Of a stretch of 64,000 nucleotides of DNA, positions 1-11,049 are shown in pieces. Location of the stretch: contig CAWIQG010000003.1 in NCBI GenBank assembly GCA_963838215.1, positions 64,240 to 128,239 on the forward strand, read 5' to 3'. The translations under genes and the position numbers were made by a program. The notes under the pieces were generated by a model. It made no database searches, had not been told where the DNA came from, and saw only the letters and a program-made list of their open reading frames with translations. The DNA comes from an uncultured Bacteroidales bacterium. Lineage in GTDB: Bacteria; Bacteroidota; Bacteroidia; Bacteroidales; VadinHA17. Each line of letters opens with the position of its first letter. The stretch's first letter is position 1.

Positions 1-923
1 TTGCTCTTTTCTGTAATGTTGAAGAAAACGCTGTTATTGAGTCTGTTGATGTATCGACAATCTATGAAGTACCAATTAAGATGCTCGAACAGGGACTTGA
101 CAGGACTGTTCTGAGAAAACTGGCCCTTTCTGCAGAAAATGAACCTCAGCTGACTGAATGGAGGGAATTCCTTACAAAGTTGAAAAATCCAAAACATTCA
201 ATAAAAGTCGGTCTGGTTGGAAAATATGTTGAACTTCCGGATGCTTATAAATCAATTGCAGAATCGTTCATCCATAGCGGTGCGATGAACGAGTGCGAGA
301 TTGATGTTGTATACATACATTCAGAAGAGATTGTAGAGAATAATGTTATAGACAGACTAAGCGGTTTAAACGGTATTGTTGTTGCTCCGGGCTTCGGGTC
401 AAGAGGTATTGAAGGCAAAATTCTGACCGCTAAGTACGCCCGGGAAAACAATGTTCCCTTTTTTGGGATATGTCTTGGTATGCAATGTGCCGTTATTGAG
501 TTTGCTAGAAATGTTCTGAAACTCGAGGGGGCTCATTCAACAGAAATAAATCATAAAACAAAGTACCCCGTGATTGATCTAATGGAGGAACAGAAAAGTA
601 TTATAGATAAGGGAGGAACAATGAGACTAGGAGGGTATAAATGTGTCGTCAGTAAAAATTCAAAAGCCTATGAGGCGTACAGAAAAACTGAAATAGTTGA
701 AAGACACAGACACAGGTATGAATTCAATGATAAATACTTAGATGATTTCAGAAATAACGGAATGGTGCCTGTTGGAATTAACCCTGAATCAAATCTTGTA
801 GAGATCATTGAAATTCCCGATCATAAATGGTTTATCGGAGTTCAATTTCATCCTGAATATAGCAGTACAGTCATAAATCCTCATCCACTGTTTGTCAATT
901 TTATTAAAGCCTGCATCGGATAA
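1..923 (+). CDS. pyrG: CTP synthase, C-terminal part (5' end lies outside the window; reading frame starts at position 3)
   Basis: The frame is open from the window edge (ALFCNVEENAVIESVDVSTIYEVP...). Class I glutamine amidotransferase motifs are present: GICLGMQ with the nucleophilic Cys, and HRHRYEFN followed by FIGVQFHPE. Confidence 0.9.
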   Translation, partial: ALFCNVEENAVIESVDVSTIYEVPIKMLEQGLDRTVLRKLALSAENEPQLTEWREFLTKLKNPKHSIKVGLVGKYVELPDAYKSIAESFIHSGAMNECEIDVVYIHSEEIVENNVIDRLSGLNGIVVAPGFGSRGIEGKILTAKYARENNVPFFGICLGMQCAVIEFARNVLKLEGAHSTEINHKTKYPVIDLMEEQKSIIDKGGTMRLGGYKCVVSKNSKAYEAYRKTEIVERHRHRYEFNDKYLDDFRNNGMVPVGINPESNLVEIIEIPDHKWFIGVQFHPEYSSTVINPHPLFVNFIKACIG

Positions 924-1009
924 CGACGCAATGAGTTGCTTATCAAGCAGATAGATATTAATTATAAATTTATTAATCGTTAACAATTAAATTTAATTCA
1001 CCTGAAAGA

Positions 1010-2977
1010 ATGGATAAAAATACAATAACAGGTATTATTCTGATTTTTGCAATCTTCATTGGATTTAGTATTTATAATGGCAGCCAGAGGAATAAGTCGT
1101 ATCAGAAAGCTATTCTTGTTGCAGAATCTCATTATGCAAAAGGGGAACTGGAAACAGCAAGGGCTGAATATATTAATGCTCTGAGATATAAGCCAAATGA
1201 GCCTGAAGCTCTCGCTAAAATAAATGAAATCAGTCTTAAACTTGGAATTGGGATCGAAACGCCAAAGGCCGATACGATTGTTTCAAAACAATCAAAAACC
1301 GAAACTCCTGCAACTGTTGCTCCCGGAAAACCAACAGACATTAATCAATATGGGGTTTTTGCACAATCAGCTATTGGGGAAAATGAATTTATAACTCTTG
1401 AAAATAATAAGGTTGAACTTAAAATTTCAACTAAGGGAGGAAGGGTTTATTCGGCCCGGTTAAAAGATTACCGAACCTATGATTCACTTCCCCTGATATT
1501 ATTTTCAGGTGATTCAACTGTGTTTGGTCTTAATTTCTTTACGGCCGATAATAAAGCTGTTCAGACAAATAACCTCTATTTTAAGCTGGCGTCGGACAAA
1601 AAATCATTTATTGTAAATTCTCAGCCGCAAAGTGTCATCCTTAGATTAATGGCTGGTGATGATAAATATATTGAATACAAATACACACTAGCCCCTGACA
1701 AGTATATTGTTGATTTTAATGTCAGCTTCAAATCAATGGAGGGAGTTATTGCTTCTAATCAAAACAGTCTGACATTAGACTGGAAAATGTTTATACCCCA
1801 GCATGAAAAAGGACGACAAAATGAAGAGAATTATTCAACTATAAACTATAAGTATTATCAGGATGAAGTTGCTGGACTAAGACTTCGTCAGTCAAAAGAG
1901 ACTGAAAAGACAGACATCACTACAAAACTCAGCTGGATTGCATTTCAGGATCAGTTTTTTTCATCAATAATTCTTACCAATGACTTCTTCCTTAACGCTT
2001 CTATCTCGTCTACCCGGACTCTGGCATCAAAAAAATATCTGAGATACTATACTTCTGAAGTGGGAATTCCTTTCAACAGCAGCACTTCGAATTCAATCAA
2101 TATGAAATTATATTATGGACCAAATTCAATTCCGATTCTTAGAAAGGAAGGGCTTCAGCTCGAAAAGATCGTATTCCTAGGAAGGAATATTATAGGTTGG
2201 ATCAGCAGGTTTGTTATTATTCCAATTTTTAACTGGCTGAATAAGTTCATAAGTAATTTTGGTCTGATTATTCTTATTCTGACTATCATTATAAAAGTTG
2301 TTCTTTTCCCTCTGACTTTTAAATCATATCAGTCACAGGCAAAAATGCAGGTACTTAAGCCATTGGTAGACGAATTAGGCAAAAAATTCCCAAAGAAGGA
2401 AGATGCAATGAAAAAGCAACAGGCTACTATGGATCTGTATAAAAGAGCAGGAGTTAACCCTATGGGAGGATGCCTCCCGATGCTTCTTCAGATGCCAATC
2501 CTGTTTGCTATGTTCAGGTTTTTTCCGGTTTCAATTGAATTAAGACAGGAACATTTTCTTTGGGCAACTGACCTGTCGACATACGATTCAATATTGCATC
2601 TTCCTTTTATGATACCGATTTATGGTGATCATGTAAGTCTTTTTACTCTTCTTATGACTGCATCGACTTTATTGACTATGAAGATGACTGGTTCTTCTCC
2701 CGGTTCAGATCAGCCAGGAATGAAGATGATGATGTACATGATGCCAGTTATGTTTATGCTTATTCTTAATCAATTCTCTGCAGGCCTTACATATTATTAT
2801 TTCCTTGCCAATATGATTACTTATGGGCAGAATATGATATCTAAAAGATTTATTAATGCAGATGCTGTCTTAGCGACACTCGAAGAGAATAAGAAGAAAC
2901 CACTGAAGAAATCAAAATGGCAGCAGCGACTCGAATCTGCTGCTAAACAGAGAGGAATTAACCCTCCTAAAAAGTAA
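1010..2977 (+). CDS. yidC: Membrane protein insertase YidC (long Bacteroidota form)
   Basis: 655 aa. It has an N-terminal TM, a large periplasmic domain, then a multi-TM insertase core (NPMGGCLPMLLQMPILFAMF ... YYYFLANMITYGQ) and a lysine-rich tail. Confidence 0.85.
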   Translation: MDKNTITGIILIFAIFIGFSIYNGSQRNKSYQKAILVAESHYAKGELETARAEYINALRYKPNEPEALAKINEISLKLGIGIETPKADTIVSKQSKTETPATVAPGKPTDINQYGVFAQSAIGENEFITLENNKVELKISTKGGRVYSARLKDYRTYDSLPLILFSGDSTVFGLNFFTADNKAVQTNNLYFKLASDKKSFIVNSQPQSVILRLMAGDDKYIEYKYTLAPDKYIVDFNVSFKSMEGVIASNQNSLTLDWKMFIPQHEKGRQNEENYSTINYKYYQDEVAGLRLRQSKETEKTDITTKLSWIAFQDQFFSSIILTNDFFLNASISSTRTLASKKYLRYYTSEVGIPFNSSTSNSINMKLYYGPNSIPILRKEGLQLEKIVFLGRNIIGWISRFVIIPIFNWLNKFISNFGLIILILTIIIKVVLFPLTFKSYQSQAKMQVLKPLVDELGKKFPKKEDAMKKQQATMDLYKRAGVNPMGGCLPMLLQMPILFAMFRFFPVSIELRQEHFLWATDLSTYDSILHLPFMIPIYGDHVSLFTLLMTASTLLTMKMTGSSPGSDQPGMKMMMYMMPVMFMLILNQFSAGLTYYYFLANMITYGQNMISKRFINADAVLATLEENKKKPLKKSKWQQRLESAAKQRGINPPKK

Positions 2978-2999
2978 CTATCTGAACAATTCAATACTA

Positions 3000-3032
3000 A
3001 AGGTTGTCTTAAAAAAGCAGCCTTTTATTTTG
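3000..3032 (+). terminator. Putative intrinsic terminator after yidC
   Basis: AAGGTTGT (3000-3007) pairs with GCAGCCTT (3017-3024) as an 8-bp stem with two G-U pairs. It is followed by TTATTTTG. Confidence 0.45.
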
Positions 3033-3177
3033 CTCTAATTTCATCCATTGTCAGAAGTAAAATCCAAATCAGAATAAAGGGAATCAGACACTGACTATAT
3101 TTATAAGTTAAAAATTATTAAAATATAGCTATGATTCGAAAAAAGAACTAAATTTATTTCTTCCAATTAAAGGGGAA

Positions 3178-4212
3178 ATGGGAAAAAAATTTAAAAACAA
3201 AGATTTAGCCGCAAGGCTGGGTGTTTCAGGTACGCTGGTTTCACTGGTGCTTAATAATAAAGCCGATCAACAGGGAATCCGAAAGGATACGCAGGAAAAG
3301 GTACTTACACTTGCAAGACAGATGGGTTATTTTGAAACACTGCACGAAAAAAATGAAACTTCACCTGTTGAAGAAAAACCGGGAGTCCTGGGAATGATTG
3401 TACCTTCATTAAATGATCCTTTTGTTATTCAGATAGTCCCATTTCTTCAGAAGGCATTTTCGAGTATAGGGGTCGGTTTCTCTATTGTTACAAAAGATCC
3501 TGATGATCAGAGATATGACCGTTTAGTTGGAGCTTTTAAAAAGTTCTACTCTGGTCTTATTCTTCTAGGAGATGCTGCTGATGATAATACGATAAGAGCT
3601 CTAAGGGCAACTGATTATCCATTCGTAATTCTTGAAAAATCGGTAAAGATATTACGACTTAATTCAGTTAGCACGGATACTTCAGCTGGTGCTATTCTTG
3701 TGGTTAATCACATAGAAAAACTGGGGTATAAAAACATAATCATTGTTGCCGATCGAAAATCTTTTCGTACTGATATTGATGCAATCCAGGATATTATTGA
3801 TGCATTGAGTAAGAAACCAGGCTTTAACAAACCAATTGTAGCTGAATTGGATAAACCAATGGCTGGAGAAGAAATAGACTTTGCACAATACGAAAATTTC
3901 CTGCGCCCACCTTACAGAGCAGATATTATGATTGTTATGAATGCAAATCTTGTCTATCCAGTTATGGCTTTACTCCGTAAAAAGAAGTTACGTGTTCCTC
4001 AGGATATAGCTCTTGTATCAATGGAAGAGGGTACGGGTTTCGACCTCATGTTTTCGCCTGTTACCTGCCTTCGTAAACCTCTTTCAGGTATAGCAATTAA
4101 GGTGGCAAATATTATATGGTCAGAAGTTAAAAACGCTGGAAAAGGTAAATTTAAAAGACAAGTAAATATCTCCCCTGAACTCATTGTTCGAAATTCCTGT
4201 GGTACAATTTAA
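3178..4212 (+). CDS. LacI-family transcriptional regulator
   Basis: N-terminal HTH (DLAARLGVSGTLVSLVLNNK) followed by a periplasmic-binding-fold effector domain of about 280 aa. Confidence 0.75.
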   Translation: MGKKFKNKDLAARLGVSGTLVSLVLNNKADQQGIRKDTQEKVLTLARQMGYFETLHEKNETSPVEEKPGVLGMIVPSLNDPFVIQIVPFLQKAFSSIGVGFSIVTKDPDDQRYDRLVGAFKKFYSGLILLGDAADDNTIRALRATDYPFVILEKSVKILRLNSVSTDTSAGAILVVNHIEKLGYKNIIIVADRKSFRTDIDAIQDIIDALSKKPGFNKPIVAELDKPMAGEEIDFAQYENFLRPPYRADIMIVMNANLVYPVMALLRKKKLRVPQDIALVSMEEGTGFDLMFSPVTCLRKPLSGIAIKVANIIWSEVKNAGKGKFKRQVNISPELIVRNSCGTI

Positions 4213-4225
4213 AACCGGAATTATT

Positions 4226-6448
4226 ATGAGAGTTGCCCTGAAGTTATTATTTGTGCTAATAATAACATCAACTTGCGCTTGTAAGGGTAAACATCTTATC
4301 AATAATAAAGAATACAGGACAGTTGTCGAAAGATCCTTTAAAGAAAGGAAGAAATTTGCCGGAAACAGGGAAACAACACTATTCTCAGTTTTTAATCAGA
4401 AGCTTTCGTTAATGCAGGAAGAAGCTCTTAAATTCCTTTTTGCGTTTATGCCATTAAGCGATCTGGCTGATTATGATGGTGATTTTTTTCTATCAAATAT
4501 TGATATGTCTTTGCGTGCAAAGTCTGAAATGCCATGGAGTGAAGAAATTCCTGAAGATATATTTCTGCATTACGTTCTTCCATGCAGGGTTAATAATGAA
4601 AATCTTGACTCATTCCGTATTGTTTATTATGATGAGATCATAAACCGTACCAGGGGAAAGGATCTCTTACAGGCAGCGCTTGAAATCAACCACTGGTGCC
4701 ATGAAAAGGTCAGTTATCAACCTGCCGATTCAAGGACATCATCTCCTATGAATACCATTTTGTCTGCCAGAGGAAGATGCGGTGAGGAATCTACATTTAC
4801 GGTGGCAGCTCTAAGAACAGCTGGAATTCCTGCTCGTCAGGTTTATACTCCGCGCTGGGCCCACACCGATGATAATCATGCCTGGGTTGAAATATGGTTA
4901 AAAGGAAATTGGTATTATATGGGAGCCTGTGAACCGGAACCGGTTCCTGATCGTGGATGGTTCACAGAACCTGCAAGAAGAGCAATGCTTGTAAATACAA
5001 AGTCATTTGGAGCAAGCTTTGGTAATGAAAATTCAATAAACATCCATAAGAATTATACTGAAGTCAATAATCTGTCCAAATATGCTGTTACAAAGAGGAT
5101 ATTTGTGAAAGTGCTTGCCAGGGATGGGGCACCATTAAATAATGCCAAAGTTGAATACCAGCTATATAATTATGCTGAATTTTACCCTCTGGCAACCGTG
5201 CCGACTGATAAAAATGGAATAAGTCAGTTCGAAACTGGTTTGGGTGATCTTTTAATATGGGCATATAAAAACGAAGATTTTAATTTTAAGAAAATATCAG
5301 TCCGTGAAACTGATACTTTAATATTGAAACTTGAAAGGAAAGCTTCAGGCAACTTTAGCTTTGATATTGATCTTGATGTGCCGGTAACCAGATCACCGTA
5401 TGCAGGGCCTTCATCAAAATTGGTCGAACAGAATTCGATAAGAATTAATTCTGAGAATATCATCCGGCAGAAGTATATCGATTCCTGGATAAAACCAGGA
5501 GAAGCAAAAAAAATAGCCATTATGCTGAATCTTGATACAGCAAGGATAATGAAGATATTTCTCAGAAGTATGGGTAATTATAATGAGATCAGGTCTTTTC
5601 TGTCCGAGACACCTGATTCGCTGAGATCCGTGGCCGTGTCTCTGCTTGAAATCATTTCTGATAAAGACCTCCGGGATATTAAAAGTTATGTTCTTTCCGA
5701 TCATCTTAGAAACAGTTATAAACCATCATATCTTTCAGGTGAAACAGGCAATAAAATGTTCCTGGATTATATCCTTAATCCGAGGGTTGCTGATGAACTG
5801 ATTGTTGCCTGGCGCAGTTATTTCAGGGAAAAACTTTCTCCTCAGTTGTTGAAAAATGCACCCGGCAATCCTTCTCTGATTGTTCAATACATGGATGACA
5901 ACATCAAGATTGCAGATGAGGAAAACTATTATAGAACGTCATTGACGCCAATGGGTGTCAATGAACTTAAAATTTCGGACTCAGGCTCCCGCTCTGTCTG
6001 CTTTGTTGCAGTTTGCCGCAGCCTGGGCATACCATCGAGACTTGAACCAGGAAGGAATATTCCCCAGTATTTCTTTAATAATAACTGGAATGATGTCTTT
6101 TTTGCTGATCAGAAAAAACCTGAACAAAAGAAAGGATATCTTAAACTTAGATCATCTGATACTAATCCTGTTCCGGAATATTATATTCATTTCACAATTG
6201 CCAGATTTGAAAACGGTAGGTTTAATACTCTTGAATATGATTTCAATAAAAAAATCAGTGATTTTAAAAAAGAAATTGCCCTGCCTCCGGGAAATTATAT
6301 GCTAGTTACAGGTAACAGGCTAAATGACAGTAAGATATTATCGAATATCTCTTTTTTCGATCTTTATGAGAATGGACATAAAACAATTGACGTAAAAATC
6401 AGAAAAGATACCACGGTCAATAAAATACCTGGAAAGATCGATTTTTAG
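4226..6448 (+). CDS. Transglutaminase-like domain lipoprotein
   Basis: I prefer the ATG at 4226 over the track start 4184, because it gives a lipoprotein-type signal (LFVLIITSTCAC). The transglutaminase core context is GRCGEESTFTVAALRTAGIPAR ... DDNHAWVEIW (Cys/His/Asp). Confidence 0.75.
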   Translation: MRVALKLLFVLIITSTCACKGKHLINNKEYRTVVERSFKERKKFAGNRETTLFSVFNQKLSLMQEEALKFLFAFMPLSDLADYDGDFFLSNIDMSLRAKSEMPWSEEIPEDIFLHYVLPCRVNNENLDSFRIVYYDEIINRTRGKDLLQAALEINHWCHEKVSYQPADSRTSSPMNTILSARGRCGEESTFTVAALRTAGIPARQVYTPRWAHTDDNHAWVEIWLKGNWYYMGACEPEPVPDRGWFTEPARRAMLVNTKSFGASFGNENSINIHKNYTEVNNLSKYAVTKRIFVKVLARDGAPLNNAKVEYQLYNYAEFYPLATVPTDKNGISQFETGLGDLLIWAYKNEDFNFKKISVRETDTLILKLERKASGNFSFDIDLDVPVTRSPYAGPSSKLVEQNSIRINSENIIRQKYIDSWIKPGEAKKIAIMLNLDTARIMKIFLRSMGNYNEIRSFLSETPDSLRSVAVSLLEIISDKDLRDIKSYVLSDHLRNSYKPSYLSGETGNKMFLDYILNPRVADELIVAWRSYFREKLSPQLLKNAPGNPSLIVQYMDDNIKIADEENYYRTSLTPMGVNELKISDSGSRSVCFVAVCRSLGIPSRLEPGRNIPQYFFNNNWNDVFFADQKKPEQKKGYLKLRSSDTNPVPEYYIHFTIARFENGRFNTLEYDFNKKISDFKKEIALPPGNYMLVTGNRLNDSKILSNISFFDLYENGHKTIDVKIRKDTTVNKIPGKIDF

Positions 6449-6493
6449 GAAATTGTTAACAACTGTTGATATCTGAAGAAGGTCAGATTCGTG

Positions 6494-6716
6494 TTTGCAT
6501 ATAAAATTCATTTATCTTTGTTATGTTTTGGTGTTACAATGAAATAAAATCATTGTAATGAAAAGGGAATGCGGTTTGAATCCGCAACAGTACCCGCTGC
6601 TGTGAAGCCCGATCGTTCTAACGATGATGGTTTTATGAAATACCTGCCACTGTGACTATATAGTGTTATGGGAAGGCTTCATAAAACCGGGATAAGTCAG
6701 AAGACCTGCCATGCAA
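6494..6716 (+). promoter_or_regulatory. Cobalamin (B12) riboswitch
   Basis: Core AAAAGGGAAUGCGGUUUGAAUCCGCAACAGUACCCGCUGCUGUGAAGCC, B12 box CUGCCACUG, then GGGAAGGC and AGUCAGAAGACCUGCC. A possible P1 is TTTGCAT (6494-6500) with ATGCAAA (6710-6716). It lies upstream of a TonB-dependent receptor. Confidence 0.9.
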
Positions 6717-6884
6717 ATTCATATTCACGGCTTTCGGGAAGAAAAGCGCCGGATCATATATTGATTCCTCCCTTAAAATCTCCCGGAAACTGCGAATATC
6801 GGATTTTTAATCTGATGAATAATTGTTTATTGCATTGCAAAATTAAGATATGCACTCTCAGAATGGATATAAAATAATTAATCT

Positions 6885-8801
6885 TTGAAAAAACCCTTAT
6901 TATATATTGCAATTCTTTTCTCATTGCCACTAAGCGGACAAATGTTGTTTCAGAACGATACTATTAAAATAAAAGAGGTTGTAATTAGCAGGATGAAACT
7001 CAATTCAGATCCTGCCGGTTATAAAAAACACACAATAGATTCATCAATTCTTAAGAATTACAATCATTGTATGCTGGCCGATGTACTTTCCGAAAATTCA
7101 AATATATATATTAACAGCTATGGAATGGGTGGTACAGCAACACCTTCCCTCAGAGGCACGGGAGCGAGCCATACACAGGTGGCATGGAACGGTATCAATA
7201 TAAATCAACCTATGCTGGGTCAGTCAGATCTGGCGATTATACCGGCTGGTCTTATAGATGATATCCTGATTTATTTTGGAGGAGCTTCAATGGTATTGAA
7301 TAGCGGAGGAATAGGTGGAATAATTAACCTCGAAACATTACCGATTTGGAAAAAAGAAACTTCGATTTCAATAAGTCCCGGGCTGGGTAGTTTCGGGAAT
7401 TATTCCGGATCAGTTAATGTAAAAAGCGGAAATATTAATTTTCAAACAGTCACGAAAGCTTTTTTACAGTACTCTGAAAATGATTTCAGATACCTGAATA
7501 ATGTAATGAGCGCTGATCCAGTCCGGGAAACAAGAAAAAACAGTCAGGTTAACCAACAGGGATTTCTTCAGGAGCTGTATTATCGGAAAGAAAATAATAG
7601 TATCTCAGCCAGAATATGGTATCAGTCAGCGAACAGAAATCTTCCGGGATCAATGTTAATTGAGCAATCAAATTCTGACGAAAAACAATACGATGAATCG
7701 TTAAGGACAATGCTGAATTATAATGTTTTCCATAGTAATGGTGATTATTCAATTACAGGAGCCTGGATGTCAGACAGATTGAATTATTCTGACCGTATTG
7801 CATCGATATACTCGCGTAATCTTTCAAATAATATGATTTTAAAAGCTGATGCTACAAATAATTTAGGTGAATGTACCAAACTTAAGATTATTTTGGATGA
7901 AGAGCTAAATAACGTTAAATCAAATAATTATAGTAAGAATGCAACCCGAAACACTTGTACGTTGACTGCTTCTGTGGAACGAAACGCCAGTGAAAGGTTC
8001 ACCACAACATTGCTTCTTCGTGAAATATACTATAAGAATACTTTTCTGATTCCGGATTTTTCGGCGGGATTGCAATTCAGGGTTATTGATCAAAGGGAGT
8101 GTTTTCTGAAAGCAAATATTTCAAGAAATTCTAAAATTCCAACTATGAATGACATGTTCTGGATACCGGGAGGCGATCCCGGATTAAAAAATGAATATGC
8201 ATACATATATGAAATGACTTATGAGATAAACCATAAGATTTCAGCTCCTTTTACGTTTAAATATGATATATCAGTTTTTCATAACAACATCAAAGATATG
8301 ATTGTATGGCACCCTGGAGAATATTCGTATTGGACACCTGACAATATTCAAAAAGTCAATACAATGGGGCTCGAATCATCCTTTTTATTGAATTATACGG
8401 TCAGTAATTTTACATCAACATTTCATGCTGGTTACTCTTTCACAAGGGCAATAACTGCCGGTTCGAACGACAATACGGACCTTTCCATCGGGAAACAACT
8501 AATGTATATACCCGAAAATCAAGCAAATGCATCACTCCGTTTGAGCTATCGGAATTTATATGCTTCATGGGTTGGAAACCTGGTTGGAAAAAGATATGTA
8601 ACGGTGGATAATTCCGGATATCTGCCGGCGTATTTTCTCAATAATATCACAACAGGAATAAAACTGAATTTGAAAGGCGATTCCTTTGATATTAATTTTA
8701 CTATTGATAATATATTTAATATTAATTATCAGGCAATTGAATATTACCCTTTGCCTGGCAGATCGTATTTTATAAAAATTTTATTTCAATTGACTAAATA
8801 G
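6885..8801 (+). CDS. btuB: TonB-dependent outer-membrane receptor, B12 (BtuB-like) by riboswitch linkage
   Basis: TTG start, signal peptide MKKPLLYIAILFSLPLSGQ, plug-domain motifs (SLRGTGASHTQVAWNGININ), and a long beta-barrel with an aromatic C-terminal strand. Confidence 0.75.
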   Translation: MKKPLLYIAILFSLPLSGQMLFQNDTIKIKEVVISRMKLNSDPAGYKKHTIDSSILKNYNHCMLADVLSENSNIYINSYGMGGTATPSLRGTGASHTQVAWNGININQPMLGQSDLAIIPAGLIDDILIYFGGASMVLNSGGIGGIINLETLPIWKKETSISISPGLGSFGNYSGSVNVKSGNINFQTVTKAFLQYSENDFRYLNNVMSADPVRETRKNSQVNQQGFLQELYYRKENNSISARIWYQSANRNLPGSMLIEQSNSDEKQYDESLRTMLNYNVFHSNGDYSITGAWMSDRLNYSDRIASIYSRNLSNNMILKADATNNLGECTKLKIILDEELNNVKSNNYSKNATRNTCTLTASVERNASERFTTTLLLREIYYKNTFLIPDFSAGLQFRVIDQRECFLKANISRNSKIPTMNDMFWIPGGDPGLKNEYAYIYEMTYEINHKISAPFTFKYDISVFHNNIKDMIVWHPGEYSYWTPDNIQKVNTMGLESSFLLNYTVSNFTSTFHAGYSFTRAITAGSNDNTDLSIGKQLMYIPENQANASLRLSYRNLYASWVGNLVGKRYVTVDNSGYLPAYFLNNITTGIKLNLKGDSFDINFTIDNIFNINYQAIEYYPLPGRSYFIKILFQLTK

Positions 8802-8807
8802 CTTAAA

Positions 8808-9851
8808 ATGAAGAATTTGTTTAAAATTGTTGTTCTTTTCTCCTTGCTTGGATCCTGCGCTCAGCCGCCTGATCTAAGCCTGACACAATATTCATTTGGT
8901 GGAGGTGTTTATATACTTAATGAAGGAAATTTTGGCAGGGGAAATGGTTCTCTTTCTTTTTATTCATACGATTCAGTTAAAATTTTCAATGATCTGTTCT
9001 ATTCGGTGAATGGATTTCCACTGGGAGATGTTCCAAATTCTATGATTATTTCTGGTGGTAAAGGATATATTGTAGTTAATAACTCAGGGAAAATTGAAGT
9101 TGTAGATCAATCCACCATTGTATGGAAAGCCACAATTGCCGGACTTATATCACCACGGAACATGTTAATTATTGATGATTTCAAAGCATATGTATCCAGT
9201 CTTTATTCTGATTCGGTTGCAATTATTAATATTCTTAACAATTCAATCTCCGGTTATATTAACCTGAGAAGAACATCAGAGTCAATTGTTCTCGCAGGAA
9301 ACAACGCGTATATTTCTAACTGGGTAGGAGGAAATGAAATAATGGTTATAAATACAATTACTAATCAGTTAATTGATTCAATTGAAGTAGGAATTGAACC
9401 GGAAAGCATGGTTCAGGATAGGTTCGGAATGATTTGGGTACTATGCAACGGCGGCTGGACCCGACAAAATTATGCTGAGCTGATAGGAATAAACAGCGTT
9501 ACAAATTCAGTAGAAAGAAAGTTAATTTTTCCGACAAAAGATGAATCACCCACATGTCTTAAGATAGATGGTTCGGGGCAGACTCTTTACTATCTTGATA
9601 ATGGCGTAATGCAGATGGATATTAGCTCGGCAAGTCTGCCTGCAACTCCTCTGATTGCACCTCAATCAGGGGAGTATTTCTACAAAGTTGGAATAAACCC
9701 AATAAACGGCGATATTTTCATTACCGATGCAGTTGATTTTGTACAACAAGGTTATGTGTTAATATATACAAATAACGGAACATTTATTTCAAAACAAAGA
9801 GCAGGTATAATTCCGGGTTCAATGTGCTTTAAAGTGAATCTCAATTTATAA
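8808..9851 (+). CDS. Surface beta-propeller lipoprotein (YncE-like; possible BtuG-type accessory B12-binding protein)
   Basis: Lipobox LLGSC. The motif GGGVYILNEGNFGRGNGSLSFYS and repeated beta-rich blades are typical of YncE-like propellers next to Bacteroidota TonB receptors. The functional assignment rests only on context. Confidence 0.55.
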   Translation: MKNLFKIVVLFSLLGSCAQPPDLSLTQYSFGGGVYILNEGNFGRGNGSLSFYSYDSVKIFNDLFYSVNGFPLGDVPNSMIISGGKGYIVVNNSGKIEVVDQSTIVWKATIAGLISPRNMLIIDDFKAYVSSLYSDSVAIINILNNSISGYINLRRTSESIVLAGNNAYISNWVGGNEIMVINTITNQLIDSIEVGIEPESMVQDRFGMIWVLCNGGWTRQNYAELIGINSVTNSVERKLIFPTKDESPTCLKIDGSGQTLYYLDNGVMQMDISSASLPATPLIAPQSGEYFYKVGINPINGDIFITDAVDFVQQGYVLIYTNNGTFISKQRAGIIPGSMCFKVNLNL

Positions 9852-9874
9852 AATACCTGAGCTGACCATAATTT

Positions 9875-11038
9875 ATGATAACCATGAAAAGTATGAATAT
9901 AACGAAATTAGTTCTGATCATGGCTATATTAACCTCTTCAGGTTGTGTAAACAGTTATAAAAGAAGTACTGACAGATTACAAAACGCAGGGAATGAAATT
10001 TCAAGAGCGGAAAGATTCACTCTTAAAAAAATGAATGGTTATACTGAGGTAACAATAATTAATCCATGGCAGGGAGCAAAAGATGTAAACATGGTTTATA
10101 ATCTAGTCAGAAGAGGATCTGAGTTACCCGTTGGAAGTGATTCTTCGATGGTCATTTTTGTTCCACTTAAAAAGATTATTTGTATGTCAACCACTCATAT
10201 AGCAATGATCTCAGCTCTTAGTGAAGAAAACACTATTTCAGGAGTTTCAGGGACCGGTCTCATTTTTGCAGATGGTCTCCTTGAAAAAGTTAAAAACGGG
10301 CAGATAGTGGATGTGGGATATGAAGCTAATCTGAATAAAGAACTGATACTTAAAATCTCTCCTGATCTGATAATGATGTATGGAATAGGAAGTGAATCAG
10401 CTGGTTATGTAGGAAAAATAAAAGAAATGGGCATTAAAGTCCTTTTTAATGCCGATTATCTTGAAACTGATCCTTTAAATAAAGCAGAATGGATAAAATT
10501 GTTCGGGGCACTCTACTGTAAAGAGGATATGGCTGACAGTATTTATAAATCCGAAGTTGAAGCGTATAGCAATTTAAAAACATATATAGGTCAGAAGATT
10601 TCTTACAAACCAAAAGTTCTGCTTGGTCTTCCATTTAAAGATACCTGGTATGTTTCCCCCGGCAATTCATTTATAAGTAAGTTGATCAATGATGCCGGCG
10701 GAAATTATCTTTGGCAGAATACAGAATCTTCAGTTTCCATGCCTTTTGGAATAGAAAATGTTTACCTGGAAGCATTAACTGCTGACTACTGGCTTAACAT
10801 CGGAAGTGTAAGTTCCAGAGTCGAAATTTCTATGATCGATCAGAGACTGAATGAACTTCCATGTTTTTTAAATGGAAATTTGTACAACAATAATAAACGG
10901 GTTACGGTCAATGGGGGAAATGATTATTGGGAAAGCGGAAGTATTTATCCACATCTTATCCTGAAAGATATCGCCTCAATATTGCATCCTGATTTATTCA
11001 ACGATAATGAGTTATTCTATTATAGAAAAATCTATTAA
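9875..11038 (+). CDS. ABC transporter periplasmic substrate-binding protein (BtuF/FecB class, lipoprotein)
   Basis: Signal with Cys (ILTSSGC). The length and pattern fit cluster A (class III) binding proteins, and it is followed by an FecCD permease and an ATPase. An alternative start is at 9884. Confidence 0.75.
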   Translation: MITMKSMNITKLVLIMAILTSSGCVNSYKRSTDRLQNAGNEISRAERFTLKKMNGYTEVTIINPWQGAKDVNMVYNLVRRGSELPVGSDSSMVIFVPLKKIICMSTTHIAMISALSEENTISGVSGTGLIFADGLLEKVKNGQIVDVGYEANLNKELILKISPDLIMMYGIGSESAGYVGKIKEMGIKVLFNADYLETDPLNKAEWIKLFGALYCKEDMADSIYKSEVEAYSNLKTYIGQKISYKPKVLLGLPFKDTWYVSPGNSFISKLINDAGGNYLWQNTESSVSMPFGIENVYLEALTADYWLNIGSVSSRVEISMIDQRLNELPCFLNGNLYNNNKRVTVNGGNDYWESGSIYPHLILKDIASILHPDLFNDNELFYYRKIY

Positions 11039-11049
11039 TTTTAAATCCA

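Noticed and set aside
5955-6305. 116-aa alternative-frame plus-strand ORF
   Set aside because: It lies entirely inside the transglutaminase-like gene in another frame, with no independent support.
6668-6877. 69-aa plus-strand ORF upstream of the TonB-dependent receptor
   Set aside because: It starts inside the cobalamin riboswitch aptamer (GGGAAGGC / AGUCAGAAGACCUGCC region) and covers the expression platform. Its composition does not look protein-like.
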